A stretch of 64,000 nt of DNA from Picochlorum sp. SENEW3 (taxonomy: Eukaryota): assembly GCA_034226945.1 (NCBI GenBank), contig CP120453.1, positions 992,001-1,056,000 on the forward strand, given 5' to 3'. Of the stretch, positions 58,483-64,000 are shown piece by piece. Position 1 is the first letter of the stretch. Every line of letters starts with the position of its first letter. A program made the position numbers and the translations under genes. The notes beneath the pieces are model-generated. The model was not told the DNA's origin. It saw nothing but the letters and a program-made list of their open reading frames with translations, and ran no database searches.

Positions 58483-59273
58483 GATTGGCAGTTTGCAGTT
58501 GAAATTCTTCAAGTGATGTGATATATATGTTATCAAATTCTTCCTGCTCTTTTCTGCACAAAGATATATAGATGTACATAGTACGATGCGGGTTGTAGAC
58601 GGCACACACTCGTTTTCCATCTGTTGATGATGGAAGGGAGAGCCTCTTCACGACCAGTGGTGTTAGAGACTGGGCGGGCTAGGGTATGGTCCTACCGCGC
58701 AATAGTTTGATGGGTACAGAGTCCGGCTATATAAAAGATCGTACCTTTTTTGATATTAAATTCACTCAAAACTCGGGATCAGGTCTCAGGCCACCACACG
58801 CTACTACTATCTAAAATATGTAGACAGAAGGCTTCGCCGCGGCAAGGGACGTTTCAAGATACCTATGCTCTCTAAAGAACGAACGATTACTATTCTATAT
58901 TTTATGAACAATTCAATAAGTCATATTTCTATACTATTCAGACATGTGTGTCGTTGGTGCACTTGAATCGAGGTTATGATCAGATATCTCTCTCTGTATG
59001 ACCGGGGTCTGTGACAACTGACGTCCAGAGTTGACTTGACACATCTACTCGACCCTTTTTGACCACCTTCAGCATCGATAGAGCATTAAATTAATGTTAT
59101 GGACTGATAGTATTCTATATACTACCGCTCGATCAAATATATCCCGGTCGGAACACGCACGGCACGGCCTGGCCAAGTCACGACGTGGTCTGTGGTCAGC
59201 AGACGACCAACGACCAACGACCAAGTGGCGCCTTGACGGTTGTAGGTTGGATCACCTTCATCATCAATTTTAA

Positions 59274-59906
59274 TCACGGTTTCCAATTCAAATACGCCGC
59301 TTCTGCCTGCAACCATGCGGTATAGTTTTGAGGACACTCTTGAATGAGACCCTGAAGACTGCCTGGATCTATCCACTGAACATCAATCACCTCTCCATCA
59401 TCAAATTTGAGGGATGATGCATCATGAAATCCTTCTAATCGAAAGCTTTGAACAAGCTCAACATCATGAAATTCCCCGTCATGTAATTCCCTCTTGTGCG
59501 TTTGAGCAATAGGTCCAACCAACACTGCCCCAGAATTGGACGCATCCTGCAACGAAATTCCCAACTCCTCCTTCAAACCTCGTACCACCGCCTCTCTATA
59601 TGATTCTCCTGGTTGCAAATGTTCCGCCAAGGACAAATCCCACTGATTAGGCCCAATTTTCTTCAACGGACTACGTTTCTGAAGTAGCAAGCGACCTTGT
59701 GTGTCATACACCCAGCAGTAGACTGCTCGGTGTAATAATCCAGTCCGATGGACCACACCTCTATACTCCTGTCGTACTACAGTATTAGATTCATCCACAA
59801 TATCAAAAACCTCGTCTTCCTGCTCCATATTGGCGACCTTGTTTGAAATGTCGAATGTATGTATTGGAGACGCTTCTTCTTTGTTTGTTCCCTTTGGGCC
59901 TGACAA
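59274..59906 (-). CDS. Nudix hydrolase, IPP-isomerase-like subfamily (start uncertain)
   Basis: VHRTGLLHRAV, LLQKRS, AEHLQPGESYREAVVRGLKEELG Nudix box. Confidence 0.85.
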   Translation of the reverse strand: MSGPKGTNKEEASPIHTFDISNKVANMEQEDEVFDIVDESNTVVRQEYRGVVHRTGLLHRAVYCWVYDTQGRLLLQKRSPLKKIGPNQWDLSLAEHLQPGESYREAVVRGLKEELGISLQDASNSGAVLVGPIAQTHKRELHDGEFHDVELVQSFRLEGFHDASSLKFDDGEVIDVQWIDPGSLQGLIQECPQNYTAWLQAEAAYLNWKP

Positions 59907-60119
59907 TCAACACAAGATTTCAATACTGCATGACCATATCAACCCTAATATACTATTCCCCAGCAATTGCTTCCATGCCATGGAAAACATGGGCGAGACT
60001 GTTTTTTTAAAATTCGAAACAGAGAATTCCTTGTTTTTGAATAATACAATACCCTGTGAGACACGCGTCTATGATTCTTCATACATGTACTACTACCGGT
60101 AGAAATAAATTAATAAAAA

Positions 60120-60723
60120 ATGGTGGATGGGGAAGAAACAAAAGGTAGGCGTTGTTTTGGTTTTGGACGTGTTGATTTTGAAAAGAATTGGGAGAAACCG
60201 GCCCCATACTTGCAGTATAGCCATGGCTTTTAGATCCGATTTTTATATATTTGGGGTTTACATATTTGATACAGGTGAGAAGAAGGAGACGGTGGAGGAG
60301 GAGCAGCCGCAGCAGGAAGAATTGAAAGAATTGAAAGAAGACAAGGGGAAGGAAGTCGCACAAGCTGATGATGACGAGGACGATGAGGAAGATTTCAATG
60401 CATTTGACGAAGAAGAAGACGACGATGATGACGATAATGACGATGACGTAGTGCCAGAAGGCGAAGTTGAAGTGGATGATTTGAACGAGCCTGGGACATC
60501 CCAAAAACCAAAGAGAAAGAGACATGATGATGATGATGATGGTGATGATAATGAGGCAGCTGAGATTGTTGCTGGTCTTTCTGGAGATGAAGTTGATCCA
60601 TCGAATATCATTGAAGGAGGACGAGGGGCTCGAAGAGGGCGGTATGCAAGTGGGGCAGGGGGGTCAGATGCTAAAAAGTACATTGCCAAGGCGGAAGTTG
60701 CATCTGATGAAGATAGCTGGTAG
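60120..60723 (+). CDS. Acidic histone chaperone with CHZ-like motif (intron 60145..60274)
   Basis: MVDGEETK|GEKK in-frame splice; Asp/Glu tracts; KPKRKR NLS; EVDPSNIIEGGRGARRG. Confidence 0.7.
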
Positions 60724-60735
60724 TCATCGTATGTG

Positions 60736-63645
60736 TTACATGCGGAGGAGCTTTTCTAGTGCAATGATCCGAAGTCCTACTCCGAGTAGAAATAATGCCA
60801 CTAAATCAATGTAAAAGTTTCTCACATCATAGTTCAAGAGCTTCAAGTCTGCACAGCGAGCCAGTAGCCAAACACCTTTGAGCTGGTTTGATTCTGCGAT
60901 TAGAAAACCCTCCATTGCAAAACGTGGAAATGATATTGATTGTAATAGTATCATGAGGATGCCTGGGTCTGGTTGCCTGGCCACGAGTGTCGAGATTAAT
61001 GTGATTATTGCTGCAGCAAGTTGGGATGATGACTCTCCAAGGTACAAGGACAAGGCGTAGGAGATTCCTGCACATGAGTAAAAAATAAACACGGTAACCA
61101 AGTAGAGGTATGTCCAAGTAGCTCTTGGACTCGCGAAACTAGCCCAGCCTGCCAAGAATAGAATTGATTTGATACAAGACCCAATCATATCAAATGCATC
61201 GAGAGCCACAAAATAGGCAAGCTTGCTGATCCCAGATGACTGGTGTTCTCTTTTGATCATCAGTGCATGTGTTGTAAAGGTTGTTGTCGTGCTGACAGTC
61301 GCGATGAGTCCTAATGCGACGACAGCGTAGGAGACTTGGCTGGGGTATGACATTATTGTTGACATGCCTCGGTCTGACAACAATCCAACAGTGAGTCCTG
61401 TGAGCACTACCATGATGTAGTCTGCCATAGCCTCTAGAGGTTCTCTAGTTCGATGTAATGCTGCTCGCTGTATAAACCAATATGCTTGCCTAAAGAAACC
61501 AATCTGCCTGTTGGAGTCATCATGGTTAGTCCTCCTTCCAAGTAATGGTGCTTTGAGTTCCAGGGATGCAAAGGTTATGGCAAATACCTTGAGTAACTTG
61601 CTAATTATACTGGTGTCACGAAGAACAGAAATGTTCTCATTCTCATCAGAGTAATATATTGTAGGATATTCTTCGCCTGCCGCTGTCATCTGCTCTTCAT
61701 GATCATCATGGCTCCATGAAGCCGAGGGCAAGATCATGGCACTCTCTGGATACTCATGCCTATACTCTAGTAGCAGTTCATCCATACAAATACCAAAATC
61801 TATGTCTTTTGTCGAAATGATATCCACAATAAAATCGGCTGGATTGGTATGTATTGGTAGTTGAAAGCCCAAGGCTTCAAAATGCTTCTCAACAGAATGT
61901 GTCTTGCCATAATATACCGATGTACCCCCTGATGCCATCAGCAGTACATTATCACATAAATAAAAGCATTCGTTTCTAGGTTGATGGAGTACGGCGCATG
62001 TCGTTACCCTTTTTTCTGTGGCAATTTCCCTCAGGCTTTGAATGAGTGAAAATGCAGAGCTTGAATCCAACCCAGAAGTGGGCTCATCAAGAAAGAGAAC
62101 CTTTGGTTTCTGTACCATTTCTAGGCCAATATTCACACGCTTCTTCTGCCCCCCACTAATACCATACTTTGAAGATGGATCCCCGACGAGCTCATTTTGT
62201 ACACTTTGCAAATGCAGCAAGCTAATGGTTTCAAACACAGCACGCTGATGGTCTTCCCATGTTGACGAACTCTTCATTCCAAAGCGTGCTGCATACAAAA
62301 GGTTCTCTTTCACCGTCAGCGTGGAAAACATGATGTCATCTTGTGGCACATAGCCCAAATTCCCCCTCAAGGCATGCATATTATTCTCTTTGCCATTCAC
62401 AAAAATGTGCCCACTTGTCTGCACAGCATACGAAGATGCACGCCCTCCTAATAACGACAAAAGAGAAGACTTTCCGGCCCCTGATGGACCGAGAATAGCC
62501 GTGACACTTCGTTTCTCAAACCGACCGGAGACATCAGAGAGCAACACCTTTCTGGTATGACTCACCAGCTCCATACTTATATGAAAAAATGCCACATCAA
62601 TATCTGCATCAGCATCTCCATACGATGATACATCTGAATCTGATATGTTATCCGAAGATATTGGCACTGCCGTATCGAACTCAATGCGGTGGTGCTTTTT
62701 GGGCGCAACATGCAACCGTGGAGGAAATTCCTTCCACCGTATTCTCAATCTATCCTGATGGGTAATATTCGACATAATCTGGCTGTACTGCTTGGAAACA
62801 AACCATATGATTGCCAAAAGCAAGAGCAGTAAAACATCAGCTGACACGCCCCCATAATTGGACAGCGGAACCTCAGTCTTCTCTGGACAGAAGGATCCAA
62901 TGGGGCAGGGCTGGGGTGCTACAGATCCTTGCTTACAATAATGCCCCCGAGGACACGCGAGTTTTGTCGTCGTATTTGGACAAAAATACCGTTTTGGGCA
63001 GTACATATTACCACTTCCGTACTTCCATGATTCAACCCCTGGAAACGCATCCTGTGGTATGATACTCCAGGTATCCGCACCACCACAGGGAAGATCCATT
63101 CGCCTCTTATATGCAAACGGTGCACACCAATACGAAGAAGATTCCTGCGGAAAACGCTGTGGTGGAGGACGAGGTGTCGCCCGTAGACACAAACTTCCCT
63201 TTGGACACGGTATCATACAATTCAAACCTCGTGGGCAAAAGTACCCATCACAGCATGGGTGATACTTTGTTCCCTCATCATCATACCCAAAAAATCCAGG
63301 CAAGCATTCTGCTTTATTCACCTCTGCGGCTGGACATGCCGATGTCGAAGGTATTTTCTCAGGATTCTGTGTCAGAAGCATGAATTTATAGTATATTTCA
63401 ATCGCCTCAGGTCCACATAAACTCTTGACCAAGACACTCGAGTTGAAACACACATGGTCTGACATTGACTGTGTTGGAAATTCAAACGACTCCTCCATGG
63501 CACTAGCGATATCCAGTGGATCTCTTCCGAAACAAAACCCAACATGATGCTCAACTTGGTCATACAAGCGATGCAAAATATCCAACCAGGCGTCTCGGGG
63601 ACTGCCCTTTGCTGACACAAGCAAAAGCAACAATAACAACGCCAT
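60736..63645 (-). CDS. ABCG half-transporter (white/brown; ABCG24/28-like) with Cys-rich extracellular N-terminus
   Basis: CP.G..C repeats; GPSGAGKS, ISGGQKKR, FLDEPTSGLD, HQP; C-terminal TM domain. Confidence 0.9.
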   Translation of the reverse strand: MALLLLLLLVSAKGSPRDAWLDILHRLYDQVEHHVGFCFGRDPLDIASAMEESFEFPTQSMSDHVCFNSSVLVKSLCGPEAIEIYYKFMLLTQNPEKIPSTSACPAAEVNKAECLPGFFGYDDEGTKYHPCCDGYFCPRGLNCMIPCPKGSLCLRATPRPPPQRFPQESSSYWCAPFAYKRRMDLPCGGADTWSIIPQDAFPGVESWKYGSGNMYCPKRYFCPNTTTKLACPRGHYCKQGSVAPQPCPIGSFCPEKTEVPLSNYGGVSADVLLLLLLAIIWFVSKQYSQIMSNITHQDRLRIRWKEFPPRLHVAPKKHHRIEFDTAVPISSDNISDSDVSSYGDADADIDVAFFHISMELVSHTRKVLLSDVSGRFEKRSVTAILGPSGAGKSSLLSLLGGRASSYAVQTSGHIFVNGKENNMHALRGNLGYVPQDDIMFSTLTVKENLLYAARFGMKSSSTWEDHQRAVFETISLLHLQSVQNELVGDPSSKYGISGGQKKRVNIGLEMVQKPKVLFLDEPTSGLDSSSAFSLIQSLREIATEKRVTTCAVLHQPRNECFYLCDNVLLMASGGTSVYYGKTHSVEKHFEALGFQLPIHTNPADFIVDIISTKDIDFGICMDELLLEYRHEYPESAMILPSASWSHDDHEEQMTAAGEEYPTIYYSDENENISVLRDTSIISKLLKVFAITFASLELKAPLLGRRTNHDDSNRQIGFFRQAYWFIQRAALHRTREPLEAMADYIMVVLTGLTVGLLSDRGMSTIMSYPSQVSYAVVALGLIATVSTTTTFTTHALMIKREHQSSGISKLAYFVALDAFDMIGSCIKSILFLAGWASFASPRATWTYLYLVTVFIFYSCAGISYALSLYLGESSSQLAAAIITLISTLVARQPDPGILMILLQSISFPRFAMEGFLIAESNQLKGVWLLARCADLKLLNYDVRNFYIDLVALFLLGVGLRIIALEKLLRM

Positions 63646-64000
63646 GGAGACGCAAAACCCTATTACTATGAAACAATATACGCCATATAGTTAATCTAGA
63701 TAGGGTTTGAGAGCTCTAGCGCAGTGATGAAGTGTCATGGTTACAATTTTTCCAACACATGTAATTTCAGTCAACTCGGAATGAATGACGGAGTCTCCAT
63801 ATCCTTCACTCGACTCTGATATACATTTAGTTTATATAAATATACTATATTATCAATGGGCGCGGTCAAGGTACGAGTCTATTCTATGTTTGAGTTGTAC
63901 CATGTCCTTCTTTGCAAGTTGGGCTCCCTGGAATTGAACAGCCAATGCTCCTGCCATGCACGCACATCTGCATGCATCCTTGAGGGGAGCATGTCGTATC

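Noticed and set aside
54551..63645. Possible biosynthetic cluster (SGNH acyltransferase, Mpo1, HMA, beta-helix, Nudix, ABCG)
   Set aside because: Mixed orientations, different predicted compartments and interspersed housekeeping genes. No pathway logic can be supported.
63800..64000. Possible gene fragment at the window edge
   Set aside because: Too short and truncated to call.

Overview
This is eukaryotic nuclear DNA from a very gene-dense green alga, not a prokaryote. The lineage is inferred as trebouxiophyte, Picochlorum-like, from moderate GC, short GT-AG introns of 60-140 nt, TGTAA-type poly(A) signals, and LCIB, SLP and DUF506 genes. About 37 protein-coding genes can be modelled, many only after splicing by hand. 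They include housekeeping genes (RPB4, uL30m, RFC5, proteasome alpha-2, YKT6, PUS7, ARP, virilizer, UPL6, MLH3) and several secreted or cell-surface glycan-related genes. I found no tRNA, rRNA, CRISPR array or recognisable transposon. Best leads: (1) a probable bicistronic thioredoxin-like/GT14-like locus with a 4-nt gap, next to an AGP-like membrane protein carrying a bacterial-type surface domain; (2) a membrane-anchored two-lobe transferrin with near-identical lobes, non-canonical Fe ligands and candidate Fe-responsive promoter motifs, directly downstream of LCIB; (3) an MLH3 with an apparently dead ATPase but intact endonuclease; (4) a dually acylated CaMKK/GRIK kinase with a split, degenerate cNMP domain; (5) an intronless, bacterial-like, very basic beta-helix protein (horizontal-transfer candidate); (6) many abutting or overlapping convergent genes. 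Family calls rest on motif recognition only; no searches were run.
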